Virus record (IMG/VR): IMGVR_UViG_3300030085_003578
Coordinates: 1-25,922 of that record
Direction: 5' to 3' (one strand)
DNA from: a virus
Lineage: Duplodnaviria; Caudoviricetes
Length of the DNA: 25,922 nt
Shown here: positions 1-11,300 of the stretch, in pieces
Position numbering within the stretch: the stretch's first letter is position 1
Layout of the letters: each line of letters opens with the position of its first letter
Program-made: the position numbers and the translations under genes
Notes under the pieces: model-generated
The model's input: the letters and a program-made list of their open reading frames with translations, nothing else
What the model was told of the DNA's origin: nothing
Databases searched by the model: none

Positions 1-1
1 T

Positions 2-334
2 AGTACTATAGATGGAGAAACAAGACAGAAGTTTAAAGGTGAAAGATATCAAGTATTCTCTAACAATGTTACAATGACTATCAAAGGATTTGAAAGACAT
101 CTAATTACAGATGGTTCATTTACAATGTATACCAGTGGCAATACTAACATAGTATCTGATTCAAATATAACATTGAAGTCTACATCTAATGTTAATATTC
201 ACACAGAAGATGGTTTGAACATGGATGCATTAGGCAATACTACTATTGATACACCGCAACAGTTTCTTGTTGGCACCAGTGTCACGCCAACGAATACATT
301 TATCAAATCAACTAGAATTGATCTAAACGAATGA
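2..334 (+). CDS. gp5: Baseplate hub/central spike protein gp5, C-terminal beta-helix region (5'-truncated by the window edge)
   Basis: The frame of the 74..334 ORF stays open back to base 2 (STIDGETRQKFKGERYQVFSNNVT-M...), so ATG 74 is internal. It shows roughly 8-residue beta-strand periodicity, ends in RIDLNE like the IDLN/IDIG terminus of T4-type gp5 spikes, and lies upstream of gp25/gp6. Confidence 0.7.
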   Translation, partial: STIDGETRQKFKGERYQVFSNNVTMTIKGFERHLITDGSFTMYTSGNTNIVSDSNITLKSTSNVNIHTEDGLNMDALGNTTIDTPQQFLVGTSVTPTNTFIKSTRIDLNE

Positions 335-1629
335 GTATGAACTTTAGCATAGAGGAATTCAATAAGGCACTACAAAATAGTGGTATCGATGAAAAGCTAT
401 CTGATATAACTGATACTGTTACAACTCAACTAAACAGTATTATTGATCTTGATATATCTGCTGAAAGTCCTTCTACACTAAAGTCTACACTTCAATCATC
501 TACAGATGCTATTGCTGATATAACAAATGTATTGCATGAAGCTACTGCTGAACTAGCACCTCAGCTTACAAGTTTACAAGAAAAAATGGGTGAAATACTA
601 TCTGGTAGTGCTGCTGTTGGCCAACTACAGGCTCTGATTGATAGCGTTTCAAATGATATTGACATACCTTCTGTTGAAACATTACAACAAAGAGCTAGTG
701 ATTCTATCACATCTATACAACAAACTGCATTAGATGCACTAAGAGGTCAAGAAGATGACCTTGCTCCTGGAGGTACTTGGAGTGATGCATCTGGAGCAAT
801 AAGAGCTCAGTTGAATCAAGCTACTACTAGCATTACAGGTTCAGCATTTGATCCAGGTAGCTTATTTGAGAATATTGTATTCAAAACTGAACCTACATTT
901 GATGAAGATGGTATACAAAATGGTGAAAGAGTTGTTGCATTCAAACTTGGTAAGGCTCCATTACAACCAGTTAAAGATGCGCTGTCTAATGTTGATCTCA
1001 AACCTTATGAGATAAAACAACCAGCTGAAATTGTAAAGAACAAGCTGTTAGAAGACAAAGGAACATCTATTGCCACACTGTCTACTGTTATAAATAAATT
1101 TAAGGAAAGAATTGCCACTGATGTGGTGTTTGATGAATCAACTGGTGAGAATATTGTGTTTGTCAGAACCATTGACGAAGATGGTGCTGAGATAACACTA
1201 CCAGCTGGTTTTGCAAGTAAGAGTGACTTTGAAGAATCATTTGTGCAAGCAAGAAATGCAGCACAAGGTATGATGCAAAAGAATGCTGGTGAATTAAGAA
1301 AGTTTGTAGGAGATAACACTGAAGTAGCTCAAGATACATTTGAACGATTAAGTAAGATAGCATCTACACTACCTACTTCAGAACTAAGTGGTGGAAATGT
1401 AATAAAATTTGAAAGAGATCCAATCACTGGACTTGCTGTCAACCCTGAGAATGCATTGAATGCTTTTGGACCTACCATAGAGGCAGCTAAGAAAGCATCT
1501 CCTGGTATTGAAGATAACTTGAAAGAGCTCTCAGAGAAATTCAAAAAGTACTTTACTCAGTTGGGTAAAGAACTACCGCCTGGTCAAGAACCAGAGCCAT
1601 TCGACGAACCTGAGGAGGGTGCAGAGTGA
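331..1629 (+). CDS. Hypothetical acidic, probably largely helical protein (432 aa) between gp5 and gp25
   Basis: Long ORF with an ATGA overlap to the upstream gene and a GTGA overlap to the downstream gene, and codon style like its neighbours. No recognisable motif. The start could be Met1 or Met3. Confidence 0.8.
   Translation: MSMNFSIEEFNKALQNSGIDEKLSDITDTVTTQLNSIIDLDISAESPSTLKSTLQSSTDAIADITNVLHEATAELAPQLTSLQEKMGEILSGSAAVGQLQALIDSVSNDIDIPSVETLQQRASDSITSIQQTALDALRGQEDDLAPGGTWSDASGAIRAQLNQATTSITGSAFDPGSLFENIVFKTEPTFDEDGIQNGERVVAFKLGKAPLQPVKDALSNVDLKPYEIKQPAEIVKNKLLEDKGTSIATLSTVINKFKERIATDVVFDESTGENIVFVRTIDEDGAEITLPAGFASKSDFEESFVQARNAAQGMMQKNAGELRKFVGDNTEVAQDTFERLSKIASTLPTSELSGGNVIKFERDPITGLAVNPENALNAFGPTIEAAKKASPGIEDNLKELSEKFKKYFTQLGKELPPGQEPEPFDEPEEGAE
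1089..1096 (+). promoter_or_regulatory. TATAAATA match inside the 432-aa ORF
   Basis: Exact consensus, but about 530 nt upstream of gp25, so it may be a chance match in AT-rich DNA. Confidence 0.25.
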
Positions 1630-2045
1630 GTAAAGTTGCAGTTGTTACAGAGAATAGATCAGATGTTACTGTCTATTCAGATTTCTTTACAGACTTCTCT
1701 CGTAATGCAGTCACAGGTCAACTAAACAAAAAAACTAATGCTGAAGCTGTAAAACAATCAGTTAGAAACCTATTACTTACAGATAAGCTAGAAAGATTGT
1801 ATCAACCAAGTGTAGGAGCTGGTCTAAGAGCTTTGTTATTTGAAAATGCAACACCATTTACTCAAATGCAAGTTCAATCATATATTAACGAAGCAATACG
1901 TAATCATGAGCCAAGAGCCGAGCTTATATCAACTGAGCTTGAGTTTAGGAATGATCAACACACTGCAGAGATAGTAGTAACATTTGCCATCATAAATATA
2001 GAAGACCCAGTAACATTTACCATAGGACTAGAGAGGACTAGATAA
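1626..2045 (+). CDS. gp25: Baseplate wedge subunit gp25 (sheath initiator)
   Basis: GTG start with GAGGAGG upstream. Motifs YSDF, AVKQSVRNLLLT..ER...P.VG..L..LLFE and I..HEPR match the GPW/gp25 family. 139 aa, directly before gp6. Confidence 0.93.
   Translation: MSKVAVVTENRSDVTVYSDFFTDFSRNAVTGQLNKKTNAEAVKQSVRNLLLTDKLERLYQPSVGAGLRALLFENATPFTQMQVQSYINEAIRNHEPRAELISTELEFRNDQHTAEIVVTFAIINIEDPVTFTIGLERTR
1991..1998 (+). promoter_or_regulatory. Possible late promoter CATAAATA
   Basis: One mismatch from TATAAATA, about 47 nt upstream of the gp6 start. Confidence 0.4.
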
Positions 2046-3862
2046 TGGCTACGACCAATACAGAATTTTCGGTCGCCAACTTAGATTTTAGTACAATAAA
2101 ATCTAACTTAATCACGTTTATGCAAGGCCAGGATATCTTTTCTGACTATGACTTCACTGGATCTAACTTAAATGTATTGATGGATCTGTTGTCATACAAC
2201 ACGTACTACAATTCAATATATCTTAACCATGTTGCAACTGAGATGTTTCTTGACAGTGCACAGTTAAGAGATAGTGTGTACTCAATATCCAAGTCACTAA
2301 ACTATCTACCAAGATCATTTAGATCATCGTTAGCATATGTAAACATCAATGTGAACCCAACAAGCAATCCACATCAGATCACAATACCAAGACTTACTAA
2401 GTTAACATCTACTATTGGTGACAATACATATACATTTTCAACCAATTCAGATATAATTGTGTATGCAAATAACAGCTATCTTGCTTCTAATGTAGCAATA
2501 TACGAAGGTGATATAGTTCAAGAAGCATTTCTCGTTACAAATACATCACCAAACACACAAAGTTTCTTTATCAACAACTCAGATGTTGATGTTACAAGTC
2601 TTGCAGTAAAAATAAGAACTTCAAACACGGATAGTACAAATTCTGAGTACACAAGAGCAAATACACTATTTGGATTGACAAGTACAAGTAATGTATACTT
2701 TGTAGAGCCATCAACTAATGGAAGCTACAAAATTGTATTTGGAAATGGTACTTTTGGAAGACAACCATCAAATAACAATTTGGTTGAGATATCTTACAGA
2801 AGATCTAATGGAGAAGATCCAAATGGAGCTAATAATTTTTCTGCTGATAGTATCGCTGGCCACCCTGCAGCTATTAGTTTAGTTACCAGAGCTACTGGTG
2901 GATCAGGACCACAAGAACTTGATGATATAAGGTTCTCAGCTCCAAGAGCATTAGCAGTTCAAGAGAGAGCTGTCACAAAAGAAGACTATAAAACTATAGT
3001 TACAAACGAGTTTAATGATATTTCATCAATGAATGTCTATGATGGTGCAGATGAACCTGTGCCTCAGAATGGTGTTGTTAAGTTAGCAATACGTAGTGAT
3101 TCATTTGACATTCTACCAACAACTCTCAAGACACAAATACAAAACTTCTTGAGAGATAAGACACCTATTGGTATAAGAACTGACATCATAGATCCAGAGT
3201 TTATTAACATAGAAGTCAAGGCAAATGTTAAGTACAACAGGAATGCTACTACTGATGGACCTGGAACTATACAAACATCAGTTGAAACAACAGTAAATAC
3301 ATTCAATAATGATAATTTAGACGACTTCTTCAAGACATTCAGAAAAAGTAAGTTAATTGAAAAGATAAACGAGACAGCTACTTCTATCCTCAGTTGTGAA
3401 GTAGATGTAAGGATGATGAAACTGATAAGCCCACAAGCTGATATAAGTTTCAATAAAACATTGTTATTCAACCAAGCATTCAAGAGAGACAATCCAGTAG
3501 AGCCTGTATCGCAAGGATCATTTGTATCATTCTCTACTCCTACAGTTCAATCAGAAACATTTGTATTCAATAACATTACTGGTGCATCATTGAGAGATAA
3601 TGGAGCTGGAACACTACAAGTAGTGACAGCAAACTTGACAAACATTGAAGTTTTGAGCGCTAATGTTGGCACAATTGACTATTCATCTGGGGAGGTTGCT
3701 ATATCAAATCTTGTTATAAACTCATACTCATCTGGTACTTCATCTGGTACCATAAAAATATTTGCTCGACCAGAGGATGATGACATCCAAGGACTGAGAA
3801 ATGATGTTATAAGGATTAGAACAAATGAGACTAGTGTGAGTGTTATAGAACTTAGAGAGTGA
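2045..3862 (+). CDS. gp6: Baseplate wedge subunit gp6
   Basis: Motifs LDF..IK.NL, FSDYDFTGSNLNVLMDLLSYNTYY, EMFLDSAQLRDSV, Y.PRS, FGNGTFG, RAVTKEDY and GTIDYSSGEV. TAATG coupling to gp25 and a GAGG RBS. Confidence 0.95.
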   Translation: MATTNTEFSVANLDFSTIKSNLITFMQGQDIFSDYDFTGSNLNVLMDLLSYNTYYNSIYLNHVATEMFLDSAQLRDSVYSISKSLNYLPRSFRSSLAYVNINVNPTSNPHQITIPRLTKLTSTIGDNTYTFSTNSDIIVYANNSYLASNVAIYEGDIVQEAFLVTNTSPNTQSFFINNSDVDVTSLAVKIRTSNTDSTNSEYTRANTLFGLTSTSNVYFVEPSTNGSYKIVFGNGTFGRQPSNNNLVEISYRRSNGEDPNGANNFSADSIAGHPAAISLVTRATGGSGPQELDDIRFSAPRALAVQERAVTKEDYKTIVTNEFNDISSMNVYDGADEPVPQNGVVKLAIRSDSFDILPTTLKTQIQNFLRDKTPIGIRTDIIDPEFINIEVKANVKYNRNATTDGPGTIQTSVETTVNTFNNDNLDDFFKTFRKSKLIEKINETATSILSCEVDVRMMKLISPQADISFNKTLLFNQAFKRDNPVEPVSQGSFVSFSTPTVQSETFVFNNITGASLRDNGAGTLQVVTANLTNIEVLSANVGTIDYSSGEVAISNLVINSYSSGTSSGTIKIFARPEDDDIQGLRNDVIRIRTNETSVSVIELRE

Positions 3863-3863
3863 T

Positions 3864-6536
3864 ATGCCAGAACTCAATACTATTCAGGATAAGATATCTC
3901 CTTTAATCAAGGAGCAGTTTCCAGACGTTTATAAGAACGATGGTGAGCTTATGACATTATTTGTCAAGGCTTACTATGAATATATTGAGCAAGAGGATGA
4001 AGCGCTTGGTCTATCTAGAAATATGGCTTCTGAGATAGATGTTGACCAAGCTACTGCCAGTTTCTTGGAACATTTTAAGAAAACATATCTTTTCAGTATT
4101 CCAGAGACTATGACTATAGATCAATCGTTTGTTATCAAACATATTCTTGATCTTTATAGATCCAAAGGTTCTAAGAGAGCACTGCAGTTGTTTTTCAAAC
4201 TGATCTATGGTAAGAATGCTGATCTGTTTATTCCAAATGAACATCTTGCAAAAGCATCGGATGCAACATTTGTTACTCCAAGATACATTGAAATATTTGC
4301 TGGTGAAGATGAAATACAAGCATTCTTAGGTAATGAAATCACTGGTCAGGTCTCAGGTGCCACTGCTTTTGTAACATCTATTGTAGATACAAGTGTGCAA
4401 GGTAAGGCATTACAGATTGTTTACTTAGAAAGACTTGTTGGAGAGTTCATAAGAGACGAGTTAGTGTTTGATCCAACTGGAGTTTACTTTGCAAGAACAA
4501 ATGGATCACTATCTGCTGTTACATTAACTGATGGTGGTAACAGTTATTCTGTTGGACAAGAACTTACAGTAAAGTCAAAAGCAAATACATCTACAGTAGG
4601 TAGAATAAGAGTTACTGGTGTAGCTAATGGTACAGGTGTGCCTGCAATTGAATTGCAGATAGGTGGATCTGGATATAGTGCAAATAACTCATTATCAAAT
4701 GTTATAATCAGTGAAACAATACTTGAAGTTAACAATATATCTAATACTGCAGTATCAGTTGGACCTGATGGGTCAAATACTGTACCAGCTAATACATTTC
4801 AAATCTTTGAAGAGATATTCTCACCAAGAGTAGCAGTTACATATACATCTGGTGATAATATATTTGCTCAAACTGCTAACTCATCAAGTTATGTTCAAGG
4901 TATCAACTCTACAGCTGGTGTTATAGCAAATGGTCATATAGCAGTTAATGCAAGGGACAGTGCTTCATCTACTAATGGTACATTAACAATATATGAAACA
5001 TCTGGTTCATTTGCAGCTGAAAATGGTGTTGTTAAGTTGAAATTTGCTGGTGATGCAACTGTCAATGCAGACTTTGGTACATTTACTAACAACTATCCTA
5101 CTGGAACATTCATTGGTAGAAGAGCAAACAATCTTGGTATTACAGCTAACAGTGGTGTGTGGCCTGTAGAACCTCAAGGGTTTGTGAAAGGAGCTGTTAC
5201 AAATACAGTAGCTGATATTGTAGCAAATAGATCTGGTGCAAACGCAAATGTGTTGATAAATGCTGTTGGTAATGCTATAGCAACAAACGTATATACAGAC
5301 TTCATAAAGTTTACTAACTCTGGTAATGTTCTTTCTACTGATATGCTTATCAATGGATCTAATAGTAATGTTACAGCAGCTGGATATGGATTTCCAAAAG
5401 ATACTACTGCTGGCATAGATGATGTAATTGATAAAGCACTAACATTTGAAACTAGTGAGCTTCTTGGTGAAGTAACATCTCTTACAGTTGTAAGTAGTGG
5501 TAATTCTTTCACTGCAGATCCAATTGTAATGACACAAAACAGATTTGTAGATAGTTTCTTTCAAAAAGATGTTGAGATAGGCTATAGAAACAGAGCTGGT
5601 ACTACTCCAGAGGTTGGAGATATGTATAGACAGTACAAAGCTCATGATACAAGAACACTTACATTTTCAACTAACACAGCTAACGACTTCTCAGTAGGTG
5701 AAGGAGTCAAGCAAGTAATCAATAGTAGTACCAATACATATGCCCAAGTTAGATCAATAACTAATACAACACATATGGTACTTGGTGGTTTGTATACATC
5801 TAACACTACTGCTGGTGCAGAAAGATTGATAGGTGATAATGCAGTTATCAATACATCAATAAATATAACTGGATTGTTAACTGGTGCAACAATAAACACT
5901 ATCACTGCAACTTCTAATACTAGTGAGAATACAGTTGCATTAGCTAAAGTGCTTGCATCAAACACATCCAATAACTATCTTAAAATGAGAATGCATTCAA
6001 TTGAATTTGACTACTTTGTTTCAAGTACTACCTCAGAAAGACTACAATCAAATAACAATACAAGATCATTTGAGATTGTTACTATAGATGATGCTACTAA
6101 CAATTACAACAGATTTGTTAAAGCTGGTGTCAATGCTAACACCTTTGCAAATGTTACTATTGGTACTGGTCTTATCACTAATGCTGAAGTTATATACTCT
6201 GGTTTAGGATTCAAAGATGGTGAGTTGTTAGACTTTACACTAGGTACTAATGCTCAAGCTGTAGTTGGTACTGCTACAGCAAATGGTACTGGTATTGGTG
6301 TAGGATATACAAAGCTCAATAGTGGTGTGTTAGGTGAGAAGTTTTCCATCCACGACAACAGCTTCTTCCAACAGTTCTCATATGAGGTGTTGTCTGAATT
6401 TGAGCTAAATAAATATGAAAGAATTTTAAAAGAAGTAGTGCATACAGCTGGATACAAGTTGTTTGGAAGACCAGTTGTAGATACTTTCAATAACGTAGCC
6501 ATATCCGTGGCAAACTCAGCTGTAAGTCAGGCGTAG
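3864..6536 (+). CDS. gp7: Baseplate wedge protein, gp7-like
   Basis: N-terminal I..QFP....F.KAYYEY and IKHILDLYRSKGS..AL.LFFKLIYG; C-terminal IHDNSFFQQFSYEV and VVHTAGYKLFG (a variant of HPAG). Lies between gp6 and gp8. Confidence 0.8.
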   Translation: MPELNTIQDKISPLIKEQFPDVYKNDGELMTLFVKAYYEYIEQEDEALGLSRNMASEIDVDQATASFLEHFKKTYLFSIPETMTIDQSFVIKHILDLYRSKGSKRALQLFFKLIYGKNADLFIPNEHLAKASDATFVTPRYIEIFAGEDEIQAFLGNEITGQVSGATAFVTSIVDTSVQGKALQIVYLERLVGEFIRDELVFDPTGVYFARTNGSLSAVTLTDGGNSYSVGQELTVKSKANTSTVGRIRVTGVANGTGVPAIELQIGGSGYSANNSLSNVIISETILEVNNISNTAVSVGPDGSNTVPANTFQIFEEIFSPRVAVTYTSGDNIFAQTANSSSYVQGINSTAGVIANGHIAVNARDSASSTNGTLTIYETSGSFAAENGVVKLKFAGDATVNADFGTFTNNYPTGTFIGRRANNLGITANSGVWPVEPQGFVKGAVTNTVADIVANRSGANANVLINAVGNAIATNVYTDFIKFTNSGNVLSTDMLINGSNSNVTAAGYGFPKDTTAGIDDVIDKALTFETSELLGEVTSLTVVSSGNSFTADPIVMTQNRFVDSFFQKDVEIGYRNRAGTTPEVGDMYRQYKAHDTRTLTFSTNTANDFSVGEGVKQVINSSTNTYAQVRSITNTTHMVLGGLYTSNTTAGAERLIGDNAVINTSINITGLLTGATINTITATSNTSENTVALAKVLASNTSNNYLKMRMHSIEFDYFVSSTTSERLQSNNNTRSFEIVTIDDATNNYNRFVKAGVNANTFANVTIGTGLITNAEVIYSGLGFKDGELLDFTLGTNAQAVVGTATANGTGIGVGYTKLNSGVLGEKFSIHDNSFFQQFSYEVLSEFELNKYERILKEVVHTAGYKLFGRPVVDTFNNVAISVANSAVSQA
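6404..6415 (+). promoter_or_regulatory. Possible late promoter (overlapping GCTAAATA/AATAAATA)
   Basis: Two overlapping TAAATA cores about 125 nt upstream of the gp8 start. Near-consensus only. Confidence 0.4.
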
Positions 6537-6539
6537 GGA

Positions 6540-8303
6540 ATGACAGAAAGAGTATATAAAGAGTTTAATGTTCACAGTGCAAGGCAGCTTGTTGAGTCAA
6601 TTGAAGAAGCTGCTAACACAATGTACTATGTGTTTTCTACTAAGCACACAGCATTTTCAGAAAGCAGTACACCAACACCAAATAAATCAATAGCTAACTC
6701 ATTATATCAAACATATGATGAAATGTTGTTTGGTAAACTTGTTACAGCTAATGATATTTCTCATGGAATAGAGAATTATGAGTGGGCAAATGGTACCATT
6801 TACCAACCATATGACGATCAAGATACAACATTATCTGATAAGGTTTACTACGTTTCTACACAAGAAGGTTCAGATTATCACGTATGGAAATGTATAAACA
6901 ACAATGGAAATAGTGTTTCAAACTCGCAACCATTGTATTCTGATGTGTCTAGTACTCTTGATTCTTTGTACGTAAAGAGTGCTACTGATGGATATCAATG
7001 GAGATTTATGTATACTATTCCAGCTGCTAAGTATACAAAATTTACATCTAACAACTATATTCCTGTCATATCTCATGCTAATGCACAAGGTAATGCAATC
7101 AATGGTGCACTAGATCATTACATTGTAACTGATAGTGGAAACAACTATAACGAGTTTGCAAATGGTGCAGTAGTAACAGGCACAAACTCAACTGTATTTA
7201 CAATTAACTCATCTAACTTTTCTATATCTGGTAATAATGATTTCTATAACAATTGTTCAATATACATGACTGGTGGTATAGGTAATGGTGAGATAAGAGA
7301 GATAGTAGATTATGTTGGTGCAACCAAAACTGTAACAGTCAATACAGCATTCTCTGGTACACCAGATAGCACAAGTACATTTGAGATTACTCCAACAGTT
7401 AGAATCAAAGGTGATGGATCTAATGCTATTGCAAGAGCATTGATTAACACATCAACAAATACTATAGCAAACATACAAATATTGCAACGAGGATCTAAGT
7501 ACACATATGCAGATGTTACTATTGAAGCAAACAATATGGCTTCTGGTAACTTGGCAGCTGTCCGTGCAGTCATTGGTCCGTTTGGTGGCCACGCCCATGA
7601 TCCTTTAGCTGAACTTGATGCAAGGTATGTAATCATATCAACTGACTTTGCAAACAATGAAGCAAGCAACATACAAACAGATAATGATTTCAGAACTGTT
7701 GGCATATTGAAAAATCCATTTTATGCTAACACAAGAATAACAATAGATTCACCAACAGCTAACTTCCAAGTAAATGAAACAGTAACTGATTCTGGTACTG
7801 GTGCTACAGGAACATTAATAACATCAAATACTACAACTGTTAGTCTTACTAATGCTTCTGGTATATTTTTGTTAACATCTAATGTGACAGGATCCATTAC
7901 AGGAGCTACAGCTAATATTACAGCAGTAAGAGTTAACGATGCTGACTCTTCAAGAGCCAACTATCATTACTTCCAACAAACATCTAAGTTTGAACATAAC
8001 TTAGTTTCTGGTAGTTCATTTACAGAGGATGAAAAGGTGACACAAGCTACCAGTGGTGCAAATGGTATAGTATATCAAAGCAACGCTACACACACTTCCT
8101 TAACAACAGTACGTGGAACATTTGAAGATGCAAACAGCTATATAGTTACTGGAGGTACTTCATCAGAAACAGCTCGATTCAAAGCTACAGTACCAGGAGA
8201 TCTTGTGAGAGGATCTGGAGAGGTATTATTTTTGAAAAATATTGAAGCAGTGTCGAGATCAAACACTTTAACCGAAACAGTCAAACTCGTGTTAAAATTT
8301 TAG
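6540..8303 (+). CDS. gp8: Baseplate wedge subunit gp8 (extended form)
   Basis: Motifs W.NGTIY..YDD, Y.VWKCINN.G..S..QP, DGYQWRFMYTI, P.GGH..DP..EL, NDFRTVGILKNP and SGEVLFLKN...R....E.VKLVLKF, as in gp8 of T4-like phages. Confidence 0.9.
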   Translation: MTERVYKEFNVHSARQLVESIEEAANTMYYVFSTKHTAFSESSTPTPNKSIANSLYQTYDEMLFGKLVTANDISHGIENYEWANGTIYQPYDDQDTTLSDKVYYVSTQEGSDYHVWKCINNNGNSVSNSQPLYSDVSSTLDSLYVKSATDGYQWRFMYTIPAAKYTKFTSNNYIPVISHANAQGNAINGALDHYIVTDSGNNYNEFANGAVVTGTNSTVFTINSSNFSISGNNDFYNNCSIYMTGGIGNGEIREIVDYVGATKTVTVNTAFSGTPDSTSTFEITPTVRIKGDGSNAIARALINTSTNTIANIQILQRGSKYTYADVTIEANNMASGNLAAVRAVIGPFGGHAHDPLAELDARYVIISTDFANNEASNIQTDNDFRTVGILKNPFYANTRITIDSPTANFQVNETVTDSGTGATGTLITSNTTTVSLTNASGIFLLTSNVTGSITGATANITAVRVNDADSSRANYHYFQQTSKFEHNLVSGSSFTEDEKVTQATSGANGIVYQSNATHTSLTTVRGTFEDANSYIVTGGTSSETARFKATVPGDLVRGSGEVLFLKNIEAVSRSNTLTETVKLVLKF

Positions 8304-8312
8304 AGGAACGAG

Positions 8313-11300
8313 ATGTCCAGAACCCTTGATACCAACCTTAATGTAAGTCCATACTTTGATGACTTTGATGTTGATTCACAACATCATAGAGTATTGTTTA
8401 AGCCTTCTGTTCCAATACAAGCAAGAGAGCTTACTCAGTTACAAAGTATATTACAGAACCAAATTGAGAAGTTTGGTGATGTTGTAGTTAAGGATGGATC
8501 TATAATTGAAGGATGTTCTTTCAATATCAAATCAGCAGAGTATGTAAAACTTCTTGATAGAAATACAGACAATGAATTGTATACAGTTTCTGAGTTTGCA
8601 AATGGTTACATACAACATGAATCATCTAACCTTATTATGCAAACTATTGATTCAAAAGCTGGTTTTGAAATAACCAACCCAGATCTTAACACTTTGTATG
8701 GTAGATATGTCAATACAGGCAACAGTGGTGGTACAGATAAGGTTGAATTCGTTGCTGGTGAGACAGTCAAGTTCTATCCAGCAAATGGACAAATATCAAA
8801 TACATTTACAATTAATGATGGTGGAGCAGCTTTTACAAATGGAGACACTCTTATCTTCACTGCTACTCGTGGTATTAACGCTAGTGCTAATGTAACAACA
8901 AACAGTACTGGTGGAATCACAGCAGTTACTCTTATCAAAGCTGGACAAGACTTTCAAATTACTGATGTTCCAACAATTACATTTGATACAGCTGGTGGTA
9001 CTGGTGCAAATATTACTTGTACGGTTAATTCAACAGCATCTTTTGAGATTGCTGGCTTAGGTTTTGCATCTACAGGTAACACAGAGTTTGATCCAGTAGG
9101 AAAGACACTAAGAGTTCAAGTAAGTGATGGAACAATCTATCAAAAAGGTCACTTTGTAGAAGTATTTTCTCAAGGTGTAAATGTTAAAGATTACGATCTA
9201 AAACCAAATAATTTTTCTGTTGGTTTTATTACTGAGGAAAGTATTGTCAATAGTTCTTCCAATACTGCTTTGTTGGATAACTCTTCAGGGTTCAATAATG
9301 AAAATGCTCCAGGTGCTGACAGACTAAAACTTACTCCAAATCTTATTTCAAATACAACAACCAATGCTCAATCAACAAACAACTTTCTTTCACTAATAAA
9401 ATTTCAAAATGGTTTACCAACTACTGTAAGAGAAGAAACTCAGTTCTCAGAGATTGGTGAAGAGTTAGCTAAACGTACATTTGAAGAAAGTGGTGATTAT
9501 GTTGTAAAACCATTTGCTTTTAGTACAGAAGAGAATACAGCAAACACTGACTTAGATACTATGGTTATTGGTGCTGGTAAAGCATTTGTTAAAGGCTTCC
9601 GTAATGAAACTGTTGGTGCTTCAAGAATACAAATCAGAAAAGGAACTGATTTTGCTAATGTTGAAAATGCAACGATCAGTCAAAACTATGGTAACTATAT
9701 TGTTGTTAATGAGTATCTTGGTAGCTTTGATTTCAACACTGCAGCTGAAGTTAAATTATTGGATACTGCCGGTAATAGAATATCAACATGCCCTGCAGGT
9801 TCAGCAGAAACAGTTCCATCAACAAACTCAGCCACACAAGTAACAGCTTCTGGTCCTTCATTCACAGGTAACATTGTAGGTACTGCAAGAGTAAGATCAG
9901 TTGTATACGAAGACAATACACCAGGTAGTGCTGAAGGTGAATATAGGTTGTACTTGTTTGACGTAAACATGAACCAAGGAAAGAACTTTGCAGACGTACG
10001 ATCAGTATCATATTTTACAGGGTCTAATGCTGGAGTTGGATTTGCTGACGTTAAACTTACTAATGGTAGAGCTGTACTCCAAGATACTAACCTTAGGAAG
10101 TTTATAGTACCTACTGGAATCAAAGGTATAAAAACTTTCAATCACAAGACAGACAACGAAGCATCATACACATACAGAACAATATCTACAGGTACTGCTG
10201 CAACAAATGGTACTATAGTTTTAACATTAACTGGTAATCAAATCTTTGACTACACTGGTGGATCTACATTATCTACTGACCAAGAAAGAGAATTTGTTAT
10301 TGTTGCAAACAATACATCTGCGCAGACTGCTGCATTGAGTGGAACTGTAACAACGACAACAAGCAATGTAGTCACAGGTAGTAGTACTACGTTTACAACA
10401 GATTTCCAAGTTGGTGATACTATTAGAGTTGCTGGTTCAGAAGATGAACTCATAACTGGTATAACAAATGCTACACATCTTACAACACTAGGTGCATTTT
10501 CAACAGCAGTTAGTGGTGCAGCATACAGAAGATTATACGTTGCAGATAAACCAATTCATCTTGATGGTACAAGCTCAAATGTTACAATAAGTTCAGACCA
10601 AAAGTCAGCTACTATCAATATGTCAAGAGGTAAAACATTAGAGTCTACCTTTGCACTATTAGTCAAACATAATGTAACAAAAAGAGAGGCTGCACAAAAA
10701 GATAAGTTACTTTCTGCAAACACTTATGTAAAAATTAATTGTGCAACTAATGCTGACACTTCTGTTGGACCATGGTGCTTAGGTGTACCTGATGTTTATC
10801 AACTTCAAAAAGTGTATGTACAATATAACAACTTTACAAGTATAGAAGCTTCTGGTAATGACTTTACAGCTCACTTTGATTTATTACCTAACCAAAAAGA
10901 TGGCTTCTATGACTTATCAAAACTTAAATTAAGAACTGATACAGTTGGTGCACCAACAATAAACAGCACTGCAAGAATACTTGCAGTGTTTAATCACTTT
11001 AGAGAAAGTGGAAGTGGTTTTGGATACGCTACTGTTGATAGTTATCCTGTTGATGATGCAACAGCTACACTACCAGCTGATAAAATAAGAACAGAAGGTA
11101 TACCAATATACCTATCACCTACAGATGGTGAAACATTTGATCTTAGAGATTCAATTGATTTCAGACCACAAGCAGCAAATACAGCAAACACAACTAACGC
11201 TACAACTGCAGCTGGTGCAACAACAAACCCAGTTAAGACAGTATCATTTAGTGGTGAACAATATATTGCTGCTCCTGGTGAGAACATGACTCTTGATTAC

